DNA of 64,000 nucleotides from Azolla caroliniana (taxonomy: Eukaryota > Plantae > Polypodiophyta). Positions 23,818 through 36,162 of this stretch are shown piece after piece. Where the stretch lies: NCBI GenBank assembly GCA_043228905.1, contig JBHGNT010000015.1, positions 8,060,001 through 8,124,000 of the forward strand, in the 5' to 3' direction. The notes beneath the pieces are model-generated. The model saw nothing but the letters and a program-made list of their open reading frames with translations, was not told the origin of the DNA and did no database searches. A program made the translations under genes and the position numbers. Each line of letters opens with the position of its first letter. The stretch's first letter is position 1.

Positions 23818-25341
23818 GATGTCCGGTGGAGGAAAAGGACGAAACGATCGGACCGGACGGATGCCGGAAATTCGTGGCGACACACATTGACGACTGCGAG
23901 AGGGTGCTGCAGAGGCTAGAGGACGCGAGGCTCACCTTCTCCGGGGAGAAATCGGCCTTCGGGCAATCAGAGATCATGGTCGTCGGACATCTATGCGGAC
24001 CGTATGGCCGGAAACCGTCTCCAGCTAAGGTGGAAGCCATCTCCGCAATGAAGCCCGACTGTAACTCGGTCACGGAGGTACGGAGGTTCTTGGGAGCATG
24101 CGCGTTCTACCACATATGGATCCCGCATTACGCCCACGTTGCCGAGCCACTATACGGGTTGATGAAAAAGGGGCGAAAATTCGAGTGGCGAGACGAGCAT
24201 ACGAAGTCGGTTTGAAAGATGAAGGAGGCTCTTGCTGCAGCTCCGACACTTCGGAAGGCTGTCTACGAGAAAGGCACTCCCGTCTACATAACGATAGATA
24301 CGAGTCCGACCGGGATCGGATGGGTTGTCAACCAAGAAGATGAGGACGGCATTCGGTTCCCAATCCGGTTCGGTGCGAAGGTCCTCAGCGAGCGATAACG
24401 AGGATACGCCCAAGTTAAACGCGAACTCTGGGGTATCGTTTCGGCGGTGAAGGCCGATAAAGACTATTTGATCGGGACAGAGGTGATTATCGAGACAGAC
24501 TGCCTGCCGATTCTCGGCATGGTTTCCGGATGCGCAACCCCGGACCTGGCAATGCTCAGGTGGATAGCGTACATCAAGTCCCTGGATCCGGAAATACGAC
24601 ACATTTCCGGGAAAGACAATGCCATGGCCGACGTGCTTTCGAGGGCGCGATTCGACGACGAGGGCGGCATGGTTTCGGAGGACGAGGAAGTCGGCGTGGA
24701 CTTCTTCGAGGCGGCTTACGTAACAACCGAGGGGGGGAGCACTCCGGCGCTTAACGATTTTAACGAAAGCAAGTACGATGGGGAGTGGCTGCAGATTGGA
24801 GGATTCTTAAGGACGATGACGCCGGACGCGTCATGGACAAAGGACGAGGCCAACCGGATCCGGAAGAAAGTGTACCGATTCTTTCTCCGGGACGGATACT
24901 TGTGGAAGCACCCGAAGAAGAGAAACGGCATACCGCTCCGAGTAGTGGCGATGAAGGAGGAACAGGAGGAGTTACTGAAGGCCTACCACGACAACCCCTG
25001 AGCTGGACACCGTGGAACGTGGGCCACTTTCGAGAAACTAAAGGGGAAGTACTGGTGGCCAGGACTGTACCGGGACGTGCATCGGTTCGTGACGACTTGT
25101 GAGAGCTGTCAGATACACTCCATAGTTCGACATCGGGACGAGCTTCACCCTACATACCCTCCGGCCATCCACTTCAAATGGATGGTAGATTTGGTGACGA
25201 TGCCGATGGGCGTAGGGCAGATGCGATATCTGGTGCAGGCCCGGGAGGACCTGACGAACCAGGTGGAAGGCCGAGCCCTGCAGAACAAAATGACCGCGGC
25301 CGTGTGTCGGTTCCTGATCGAGGATGTGATATGCCGGTACG
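23818..25341 (+). pseudogene. Y pol part 2 (RT end, RNase H, integrase N-terminus)
   Basis: VRRFLGACAFY, DTSPTGIGW, IETDCLPI, GKDNAMADVLSR, CESCQ; several stops. Confidence 0.88.
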
Positions 25342-25797
25342 TATTATAGATCAAGGTACTAAAGTAAGCTTAAGATAAGGATAAAGAAATGAAAGATAGA
25401 AAGGAGAAAGAGAAAGAAGGGTGCCGATCCACCCGACCACCCCCGAGTGAAGGGATCGAGACGGACTCGAGCCTCGATCGGCGTCCCATACCACCGCCGT
25501 GGCGTCGAGTCGTACCTGGTGCTGGCGCGCTCGCTACAAGAGTTGACCCACCACACGAGCAGAGTCTCGATGTAGTCAAAAGATGATCCAATGAGGGTAG
25601 CTAGGCTTCTTATTTATAGCGATACCCAAGGCCCCCAGGCAAGTTCACACTTGACCTAATGGGTTGTCTGAATCCCGAGGATTAAAAGTAATCCTCCCCT
25701 TCTTTACACTCTCGTTTAACCCTCACACTTATCCACGTGTATAGAATACTTACGGTAAATTCTTACCACGAGATATTATATGGACATGCCCGTAACA
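25342..25797 (-). repeat. 3' LTR of chromovirus E
   Basis: Direct repeat of 35698-36153. Confidence 0.93.
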
Positions 25798-25800
25798 TAC

Positions 25801-27529
25801 TCCCCCTCTTTAAAATATTGCACTCTTGCAATGGAAAGTTAGGGAAGTTAGTTCTAAGAGTATTTTCGCGTTCCCATGTGGCATCTTTTATTGATTTATC
25901 CATCCATTTTATTTTAAATTCTCGGATTTCTTTAGTACGTAATTTTTTTGTTTTAACATCAAGAATTCTTTCTGGTACATGTGATTTAGAAGATAATTCT
26001 TTAGAAGTAACCAGAGTTTCAGTCGTAACTGTATTGTCGCCAGAACCTAGAAGTTCTTTTAGACGACTCACATGAAAGATTGGATGAATTCCGACACCAT
26101 CGGGAAGAGCGAGACGATAGGCTGATGACCCAATGCGTTTGAGGACTGTAAAAGGTCCACAAAACCGTGGGGCTAACTTAGCGCACTTACCCGTAGACAA
26201 TGTCTTAGAATTGTGAGGTACACGTAAAAATACCTTCTGTCCAGGGTTGAATACACGAGGTTGCCTATGATGATCGACATAAAAACGCGCTCTATCTTGA
26301 GCTGTTTTTATATTATCTCGTGCAATATGCAACATATCTTGCATATCCCGAAGAAAGTTTTGCGTACTTTGCAACTCATCATGATGTATATTAACATCAA
26401 TCGGGTCTCGTGGCTGAAAACCATATATCAACATAAAAGGACTATATCTCGTCGATGTATGCTTGGAGTTGCTATAACCAAACTCCAAATTTGGGAGATA
26501 ACGTTTCCATTTTGGGAGCATTGGTCAAACCAAAAGGCATAACCAAAAACTCGTAATGGCCATAGCGGGTACGAAATGCCATTTTAGGAACATCGTCCTC
26601 ACTTATTCGTATTTGATGGTAGCCAGTACGGAGATCAAGTTTCGTAAAATACCGAGCTCCTTGGAGACGGTCAATTAGATCGTCAGCCCGGGGCAATGGG
26701 TATGAATTCTTGATCGTCACTTTATTCAAGCGTCGGTAATTAATACACATACGCCATGTGCCCTCTTTCTTTTTAACCAAGAGAACTGGTGCACCCCATG
26801 GAGATTTACTATAACGTATATAACCCATTCGTAAATAGTCCTTGAGTTGCTTAGATACCTCATCTTCTTCGGATCGACTTAAGCGATACGGAGGTATACT
26901 TATTGGTGCAACACCAGGTACAATATCTATACGATGGTCTATATTACGTTTAGGAGGTAACCTATCAGGTAGTTCACTTGGAAAAATATCATGAAAATCA
27001 TTTAAGATTTCATCAAGTTGTTGTTGTTCAAAATATGTTAATTGAACCGGGACATTATCGATATTGTAAATGTGAATGTCCGGATCAAGTACACAATAAA
27101 ATAATGTAGAACAAGACAACTCGGATATTGATGGACACGAGGAAACAATCGAGAGGGATTGTTTTTTTACACATTGAATAAAATGCGTACAATCGTTCAG
27201 TACAAAAGAAATGGAATGACGAACCCAATCAATAAATAAAGAAGAGTTTTTATTATAAAACCAGGGATAACCCAGTATTACATCGGTGGTACAAAGATTC
27301 ATTACATGGAAGTCTACTTCCTCTATATAAGTATCAATAGAAATTCCTAATGAATGAATCGCCCCGTTGATGTATTGTACTCTTCCATCAGCCAAGTGCA
27401 CCGTGTAGGTGTGATCACTTACGGTGGGTTGGATTCCCCATATCTGAACCAAACGATCATTCACAAAATTGTGTGAGCTTCCCGAATCAAATAAAAATTG
27501 TACAAGAGATCCATTGATATACCCGTTTG
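25801..27529 (-). pseudogene. E pol remnant: protease, RT N-half fused to integrase C-terminus plus chromodomain
   Basis: [11 protein letters not shown]; [12 protein letters not shown]...[10 protein letters not shown] joined near 26515 to [13 protein letters not shown]; KLAPRFCGPF; chromodomain. Confidence 0.88.
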
Positions 27530-27997
27530 TGTTGAGAAGCAAGCTCAACATGGTATGCGATGCTTATGAGAAATAAGCTATAGTAGCTATTTAGCTACTA
27601 GTGAACAAAAAGGTAAAACAACTATTTAGCTAGTGACAGCTAATTAGCTAGTGAACAGCTATTTAGCGACTGACAGCTAATTAGCTACTGGCAGCTAATT
27701 AGCTGCATGTGTAATAACTTATGACTTAGGTAAAAGTAAGTGAGAGTGAATAGGAAGTAAGTAGTAAGGAAAAAACAGAGAATGTGAGTAGAGAACTCTG
27801 AGAGAGAGTGAGAGACCAGAAGACTGACGAGAGCAAGTTGAGCTCTACATGTAATAGAAGAAAACCATTTTGCTACTACAGAGGTAAGTCCCCTTTCCTT
27901 TCTCTGTCTGTTTAGAGCACGCTAACGATCTAGCACACTACGATCCGCCGCGCATACAAAAGAAGAGCCCGAGTGCCTTCTTCACGTTTTCGTAACA
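27530..27997 (+). repeat. 5' LTR of Copia F
   Basis: TGTTGAG...GTAACA. Confidence 0.97.
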
Positions 27998-28142
27998 TGG
28001 TATCAGAGCAGAGTAGCTCGTAAGGAAGAGTATAGCAGTGCCTTAATCTGAGAAAGTTATTTCTCTGGTTGCTGATCAGAAATCAGAAAGTTACTTGTTG
28101 AAGTAACTAAAGCAAAACTCTGGTTTTTGGAAGGAAAAAAAA

Positions 28143-31100
28143 ATGGCTGCAGAGAATGTAGGCCAAATGGTCACAGAGAAATTAGATAAAAACAATTTCC
28201 CGGCGTGGAAATTCAGAATGACAAAATTTCTGATGGGGAAAGGATACTGGGATTACATTGAAGGAGACCTAGAAGAGGCTCCAGAGATCCCAGAAGAAAA
28301 TGCCACAGCAGCACAGATTAAAGCATTCAAAGATTGGAATCAAGGGGCAAGGAAGGTAATGCATTGGCTCTCACTTAGCATCTCAGATTCGATGCTTGGG
28401 CACATACAGGATGCTATGCTCCCAAAAGAAGCTTGGGACAACTTGGTAAAACTGTTTGCTGTGAACACAAAGGCTAGAAAGCTCCAGTTAAAGACTGAGC
28501 TAAATACCTTGGAGAAAGGTAAGATGTCAATAAATGAATATGCCCTAAAAATCAAGAGTATATGTGAATCACTTGCTTCTATCAATGTGAAGACAGAAGA
28601 TGATGACAAAGTGGAAATATGCTTAAGAGGCTTAGGACCTCAATACAAGAGTTTTAAAACTTCTATTCTCACAAGGGATAGTATCCCAAGTTTTTCAGAT
28701 CTGGTCTCAATGCTTGTGGTAGAGGAAAGAAATCAGATGGATGATGCAAATAAAGAAAATCTTGAGAATGAGGGGCAAGCCCTATATAATAGTGCTGGAA
28801 GAGGCCGAGGAAGAGGCCATGGAAGATTTGGCTCAGCAAGAACCCACAATAATGGTTATCAAGGAAGAGGACAACAAGCTCATAGAGGAGGAAACAACAA
28901 CAGAGGCAGGGGGAGCAACCGAGGTAGAGGTAAGCAAACTTATGTAAATGATGATGGCTGCTGGTATTGTGGTAAACCAGGCCATACACAGGCTGAATGT
29001 TACAAGAAACAAAATGATGAGAAAAGAGGAAAAGGACAACAGAGTAACTATGCCTCTACTAGTGAAGATTGTGAAAAGGAAGGTGTTCTTGTAGTGCAAC
29101 ATGAGATAGCAGCAGTGGCTGAAAGCTCACAGAAATGTAATGAAGAGTTTACGTGGTATGTAGACTCGGGGGCATCTAACCATATGACTGGACATGCAAA
29201 TTGGTTTGAGAGTTTAAGAGAACCAGAGGTTCCTGGTTATGTACAAACAGGTGATGACACAACTCACCAAATAAAACATGTTGGAGATATCCCATTGTGG
29301 GAAGAAAGAGGAAAAACCAAGTATATGTTGAATGTGATGCATGTTCCAAACCTTGCTAAGAATTTGATTTCTGTTGGACAGATTGTAGAGCAAGGTATGC
29401 AAGTGAAGTTTAAGCAAAGTGGATGCTATATAGAAAAGAATGGGAAGCTCATTGCAAAAGGGAAGAGACAAGGAAGAATGTTTATCTTGGATGTAGAAAT
29501 GCCCAAACAGTTTTCAGCCATGTTTGCAAATGGAACGAGTGTAATCTCAGATGTGGAAATGTGGCATAAAAGGATTGGCCATATAAGTATGCAAACATTA
29601 AAGAATATGTTGAGAAAAGATGCAGTGGCTGGACTGCCAAACTTGAAAAAGTGTGAAATGGGAAAAGTATGTGAAGCATGTCTATATGGTAAGCAAAACA
29701 GGTTGCCATTCCCTCATGAGAGACATGTAAGCAAAAATCTGTTGGATTTGGTACATACAGATGTATGGGGACCAACAAAGAATGCATCTATTGGTGGATG
29801 CAGATTTTATGTTACATTTATTGATGATTGTTCACGGAAGACATGGGTGTACTTCATGAAGGAGAAAAGTGAAGTATTTGACTGTTTTCGTAAGTTTAAA
29901 TGCATGGTAGAAAAGCAGGCTGGTACAAGGATAAAATGTTTGAGATCTGATGGAGGAGGAGAGTATTTCTCCAATGAATTTTCTGATTTTTTGTGTAATC
30001 AGGGAATAAGAAGACAGTTCACATGCCGATATACTCCACAGCAAAATGGAGTTGCTGAGAGGAAAAACAGAACTTTGGTGAACATAGCAAGGGCAGTGAT
30101 GACTGAGAAGAACATGCCATTATACTATTGGGCAGAAGCTGTAAATACAGCAAATTACATTTTAAATAGATGTATTACATCAGGAGTACATGAGGCAACT
30201 CCTGAAGAGTGTTTTTATGGCAGGAAGCCTAGCTTACAACACTTGAAAGTGTTTGGATGCCTTGCATATGTACATGTGCCTGCAGAAGTAAGAAGTAAGT
30301 TGGATCCAAAAGCAGAAAAATGTATCTTTGTTGGATATTCAGAAGAACAAAAAGGGTACAGATGTTATAACCCTGTGACTAAAAAGATTGTGACAAGTCG
30401 AGATGTGATATTTGATGAGTTGGCTAGTTGGTACAGCCCAAAACAGAATCTAGAGACTGATGAAGACTGTCAAAATGAAGACAAAGACAGATCAGAAAAT
30501 GTAGAAGACTGTCACAGAGATGGAGACAAGGTTGGACAGCAAAGTCCAACATCAACAGAATGTTCTGGACCATCAAAAAGCTCAGATGGTAAATCTGATT
30601 CAAATTCATGGAGTGGAAAAACTGGACAGAAAAAATCTGATGACAAAAAAGGAAAACAGAAAATGCCAGAGTATGAAATCCCGGATGACCTATCAAAAAA
30701 CATGGAAGATGAAGATTCAGATATGTCTTTGGATGATTTCCTTGGAATACAGGAAATGAAAATCCCTGGTATGGAAAAGGAAATAAAGAATGCAAATCAG
30801 AAACTGAGAAGATCAGATAGAGAGAAAAAGACTGTGGAAAGATTTGGGTATGATACATACATGGCTATGCATTATGCATACATGTCTAAGGTGGTACAGA
30901 TCCCTGACCCAAACAGCTTCGAAGAAGCAAAATCTGAGAAGAAATGGATGGATGCAATGCAAGAAGAGATTGATGCATTGGCTGAGAACAAAACGTGGGA
31001 TTTAGTGAAGTTACCAAAAGAGAAAAATGTGGTAGGTTGCAAATGGGTCTACAAGACAAAGCATGACTCCAATGGGAATGTAAGTAGACATAAAGCAAGA

Positions 31101-32468
31101 TTGGTTGCAAAAGGATATGCTCAGATGCAAGGGATTGATTATGATGAGACTTTTGCACCGGTTGCAAAGATGGCAACCTTGAGAACACTACTTGCTGTAG
31201 GAGCAGCCAGAAAATGGATTTTGCATCACATGGATGTAAAAAATGCTTTTTTACATGGTAACTTGGAAGAAGAAGTGTATATGAGTCAACCACCAGGTTT
31301 TGAAGATAAGAAACATCCTGATTATGTATGTAAGCTGAAAAAAGCTCTCTATGGACTGAAATAGGCACCAAGAGCATGGCACAGAGAACTTTCAGATTCT
31401 CTGAAAAATCTTGGTTTCAAAATGTCAAAAGCTGATCCTTCTTTGTATGTAAAAAGTGAAAATGATTGCATTGTTATTATTCTGATTTATGTAGATGATT
31501 TGATTATTGGAGGAGATTCCGTGGATGAAATAAGAAAGTTGAAAAAAAATCTGGAAATGCAGTTTCATATGAAAGATTTGGGAGATCTGAGATATTTTCT
31601 TGGTATTGAAATCATCAGATCTGAAAGTGGTATATGTATGTTGCAAAAACAGTATGCAACAACTATGTTGAAAAAGTATGGTATGCTTGGATGCAAACCT
31701 ATTGCTGTACCACTTGATAAAAACTGCAAGTTGAGGGCTGATTTGGGAGCCAAGATAGAAGATGTAAACATGTACAGGTCTATGGTGGGCAGCCTTATTT
31801 ATTTGACTATAACAAGACCTGATTTGAGCTATGCTGTTGGATTAGTCAGCCAGTTTATGCAACAGCCAACAAAGCCACATTTGGACTGCATTAGAAGAAT
31901 TCTGAGGTATGTAAAAGCTACTCAGAACTATGGATTGTTTTACAGGGCTGATTTGGACATAAATCTGGAAGGATATACAGATGCTGATTGGGCTGGAAGC
32001 CAAACAGACAGGAGATCCACAAGTGGATACATGTTTACCTTGGGAAGTGCAGGAATTTCATGGAGTAGCAAGAAACAGGCTACTGTTGCATTGTCCAGTA
32101 CAGAAGCTGAGTATAGAGGGGCTGCAATAGCCACATGTGAAGAAGTATGGATCAGAAGACTGCTTGCTGATCTGGGAGTATATATAGATGGTGCTGTCAC
32201 AATCTGGTGTGACAATATGAGCAGCATTCAGCTTGCAAAGAACCCAGTGTTCCATGCAAGAACAAAGCACATTGAGGTGCATTATCACTTTGTTAGAGAA
32301 AAAGTGATTGAAGGAGAAGTTGATCTGGTGTATGTGAATACAAATCAGCAGGTTGCTGATATTCTCACAAAGGGATTGAGTGTGGAAAAACATACACAGT
32401 TTCGGAACATGATGGGAGTTGTAAACATTGATGAGATGGCTAAAAAACAAAATGGAAAAGAAGATTGA
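28143..32468 (+). CDS. Copia F gag-pol polyprotein, single frame with one premature TAG at 31362
   Basis: [72 protein letters not shown]. The two ORFs are in the same frame. Confidence 0.93.
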
Positions 32469-32508
32469 AGAGAACCCTAAGAAAGGATAAGTTGAGCTTG
32501 AGGGGGAG

Positions 32509-32976
32509 TGTTGAGAAGCAAGCTCAACATGGTATGCGATGCTTATGAGAAATAAGCTATAGTAGCTATTTAGCTACTAGTGAACAAAAAGGTAAAACAA
32601 CTATTTAGCTAGTGACAGCTAATTAGCTAGTGAACAGCTATTTAGCGACTGACAGCTAATTAGCTACTGGCAGCTAATTAGCTGCATGTGTAATAACTTA
32701 TGACTTAGGTAAAAGTAAGTGAGAGTGAATAGGAAGTAAGTAGTAAGGAAAAAACAGAGAATGTGAGTAGAGAACTCTGAGAGAGAGTGAGAGACCAGAA
32801 GACTGACGAGAGCAAGTTGAGCTCTACATGTAATAGAAGAAAACCATTTTGCTACTACAGAGGTAAGTCCCCTTTCCTTTCTCTGTCTGTTTAGAGCACG
32901 CTAACGATCTAGCACACTACGATCCGCCGCGCATACAAAAGAAGAGCCCGAGTGCCTTCTTCACGTTTTCGTAACA
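32509..32976 (+). repeat. 3' LTR of Copia F
   Basis: Identical to the 5' LTR by eye. Confidence 0.97.
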
Positions 32977-32981
32977 GTTTG

Positions 32982-34014
32982 CACGTAGTAAATCATTGGG
33001 ACCCAATACATAGTGAGGGAAAGAACATTGACAATTACTTAAATGGTGTGTATAGACCTGAAGGACATTAGGAATCTGACCTTTATGGTCTGCAGCTTTA
33101 GCTTTGTTGTCGTGCTCTTTCCGTTGGAGCTTTCGACATTGATCTTTTGTATGACCCTTCTTTTTGCAGAATACACTAAAAGGATGTTGTCGCTTACAAT
33201 CGCGATCCAGGAATTCATTGGGTGTCTTGCGTTTCCCAACAAATTGCGACTGCTTAGTCCCGGGCGCTTCGTTGGGTTTGTTATGGTCCTTCTTCGAAGT
33301 GCGTTGATAGCGAAGAACTATTTCAACGGCCTCTTCGAAGGATTTTGGATCCTTATCGTGCACTATCCAGTGATAGTCCGAATTGGGGATGCCATTGACA
33401 AAACAAGCTATCAACCAATTGTCCCCTTCTAGACCCGATTTTTGGATTTGGGTTCTAGCATGGTGAACATAGTCTTCTAGCGAGGAAAATTTCCTGCTAG
33501 AGAGGTTCATTAAAGCTTGTGCTGCCTCGGTTCGAGAGGGAGGTTGCAGAAATTGGCCCTTAAAAACCGTGACAAAATCTGTCTAGGTATCGGGCAATTT
33601 CCCCATAGTACGGAGCCCACGCCACTAGGCGGCGGCCTTACCCCCGAGTTCTCGGCCGACATATGCAATCTTCGTACTATCTGGCATGGGATAGAGCTCA
33701 AAATGAGACTCCCATCGTCCCAGCCATGTGCAGATTGCTTCTTCGGTTCTTTCATTTTTGTCTCCGGTAAATGGCTTAACGACAAATGATGGTTCACCTT
33801 GTCGCTCATCAGGTCTATTAGTCTCACGTTGTAGACTAATGACACGTGCCTCAAGAGCACTCTGAGATTGCCGAAGTTCGGTCATCTGTTGAGCGGTGAA
33901 ACTAAGGTATTGGGTTATTTGTGCCGAATACATCTCAGTGGACATTTGTCCAGGAGGATTCCCTTGAGTTCCTTCCGCTTGAGCGGATGACATCGGGTCG
34001 TTAATTTGAGCCAT
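32982..34014 (-). pseudogene. E gag (frameshifted)
   Basis: KPFTGDKNER..EAICTWL..WESHF; FVNGIPN; xVFCKKKGHTKDQC knuckle; lies between the leader and the protease. Confidence 0.75.
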
Positions 34015-35196
34015 TAAAGATTATTTCTGGAAAAGAAATAGGATAAGGTCAGAGAGATAGTCATAACATCATGTCGTGATGTAAACATATCATGGGCGAG
34101 CATTAATCGATATCATTATCTCACGTCAATACCCCCCTAGACGTATGAGATGAGGTTCAAGATCAGGTTACTATGGTAACACAAAGGTGTTTTAAAAACC
34201 ATGGGGGTGACAAATAAATGTCTTTCCCTGATCTCTATATCGATTTTTTCATGGTGGCTCCCCGAGGCTCAACCATGTATGTTCGCGTCATGAATTGTTT
34301 ATACACGAAAAAAAATGTTAATAATAAACTATGTTTCGGTGCCCACATATGTGGTTTCGGCTCTTTAAGTCCTATTACGAGGACCCCGAGGTGCACTTAG
34401 ACCTTAAGTCTAAACATGTGTTATAGTCATATGTATCAAGGATGTTGTATGGTCTTGGTCATATTTGAACTTGAGACCTCGAGAACAAATACATTAAACA
34501 CTTGAGCCAACCAAGTAAGTTGCTCTTCTCGAATGCTTAATGTTTGATGCGTATAAGAGATATGCGAGATCATATATGTTTTTTTTCAAAGAACATATAT
34601 GTCAAGGGTCCTTATTTCGCCCTCATTTACCAAAACTATGTTGGTACGTTACCTATCCTCAAGTCTCGTAATTACGATGGCATACGCCAAAGTGCAACCT
34701 AATGGTGAAGCCAAATGAGCCCTTGTTTCGTAGTAGGCTCACGTGGGCCATCACATGGTCATGTCATTACGAATGCCTCTCGTAAGAACGAGCTCATGGT
34801 GGCATCGTATCCATGTAACGAGGGAGGGATGTTGGATACGTGCGTCATTGGAGCGACCTCACTTGAAGTGGGTCAAGCCCTACGTACTCAACATCATTTT
34901 GGCTATTGGCGTTTCTTTACGTAACGAAATCGAGGTCATCAACGGGGTTATCAACAATAAAAAATTGTTGAAAAAGGGATGGTGACAACGCCATTCTCAC
35001 AAAAATGTGAGGACGGCCACCAACATCCTTTTCCCGACAAGGACAACTTTCGATATAATCACGTAATAACGAATATACACATATGTTTACTTATCACATA
35101 TATACGATCAAATACGTATATATGTGACCACATATGCCTATATTAAACATATCGTTATATTAAATAGCCACAAATGATGTGATCGAGATACGTAAT

Positions 35197-35451
35197 CAAG
35201 GTATATACCTCTACGCACACGAAACATCCACAAATAAGAGATCATCGTAATACACAATGGAGGTATTGACCTCTTACGCATACGAGACCAAATGCATATC
35301 GTTTACAACAAATCAAGGTATTAAACTCATACGCAAACGTAACATATGTTCGTGAACGTAATACGTAATTGAGGTATTAACCTCGTACGCATACGACACT
35401 CATCACATATTATTAATATGTCAAATGAGGTATTGACCTCGTGCACATATG
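35197..35451. repeat. Five-unit ~56-bp degenerate array with palindromic GAGGT-N4-ACCTC core in the leader of E
   Basis: Cores start at 35198, 35260, 35315, 35371 and 35427, each followed by a tacgca.acg-like segment. Confidence 0.8.
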
Positions 35452-35697
35452 TAAATGTTTTAGATAATCAATTAAAGACCACTACAACATCATTGACTTA
35501 ATGAAAAAAATTACATATAAACTAAACACATGATTAGATGGGAGAAGAGAGAATAGAAAGAAAAATTATCGAAAGAGTTACCGAAGTTCTTTGTTGATCA
35601 TTGTCTGGATCAAGGCCAACCGCACAACGATCGATCAGCATCAATCAAAAGACAAATGAAAAACAAAGAAACATTAGTACAAAAATCTGATACCAAA

Positions 35698-36153
35698 TAT
35701 TATAGATCAAGGTACTAAAGTAAGCTTAAGATAAGGATAAAGAAATGAAAGATAGAAAGGAGAAAGAGAAAGAAGGGTGCCGATCCACCCGACCACCCCC
35801 GAGCGAAGGGATCAAGACGGACTCGAGCCTCGATCGGCGTCCCATACCACCGCCGTGGCGTCGAGTCGTACCTGGTGCTGGCGCGCTCGCTACAAGAATT
35901 GACCCACCACACGAGCAGAGTCTCGATGTAGTCAAAAGATGATCCAATGAGGGTAGCTAGGCCTCTTATTTATAGCGATACCCAAGGCCCCCAGGCAAGT
36001 TCACACTTGACCTAATGGGTTGTCTGAATCCCGAGGATTAAAAGTAATCCTCCCCTTCTTTACACTCTCGTTTAACCCTCACACTTATCCACATGTATAG
36101 AATACTTACGGTAAATTCTTACCACGGGATATTATATGGTCATGCCCGTAACA
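35698..36153 (-). repeat. 5' LTR of chromovirus E
   Basis: Adjacent to the Met PBS on the minus strand. Confidence 0.93.
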
Positions 36154-36162
36154 TACGGTACG

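Larger units (their letters stand above)
27530..32976 (+). mobile_element. Copia F, very recent full-length insertion
   Basis: 468-bp LTRs at 27530-27997 and 32509-32976, identical by eye; TSD GTTTG; PBS TGGTATCAGAGC at 27998; PPT gagggggag at 32500-32508. Confidence 0.97.
25342..36153 (-). mobile_element. Chromovirus E (Gypsy), internally deleted, interrupted by Copia F
   Basis: 456-bp LTRs at 25342-25797 and 35698-36153 (~7 mismatches); PBS TGGTATCAGA at 35686-35695; PPT aagagggggag next to 25800; chromodomain PERILD...IKW...ATWE. Confidence 0.93.

Noticed and set aside
31362-31364. Programmed stop-codon readthrough in Copia F
   Set aside because: The TAG replaces the conserved Gln of YGLKQAP in mid-RT; a C-to-T mutation is the simpler explanation. 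The same applies to the TAA at 55837-55839 in H.
35197-35451. CRISPR array (palindromic repeats with spacers)
   Set aside because: Eukaryotic retrotransposon leader, no cas genes, degenerate repeats, and spacers partly similar to each other.
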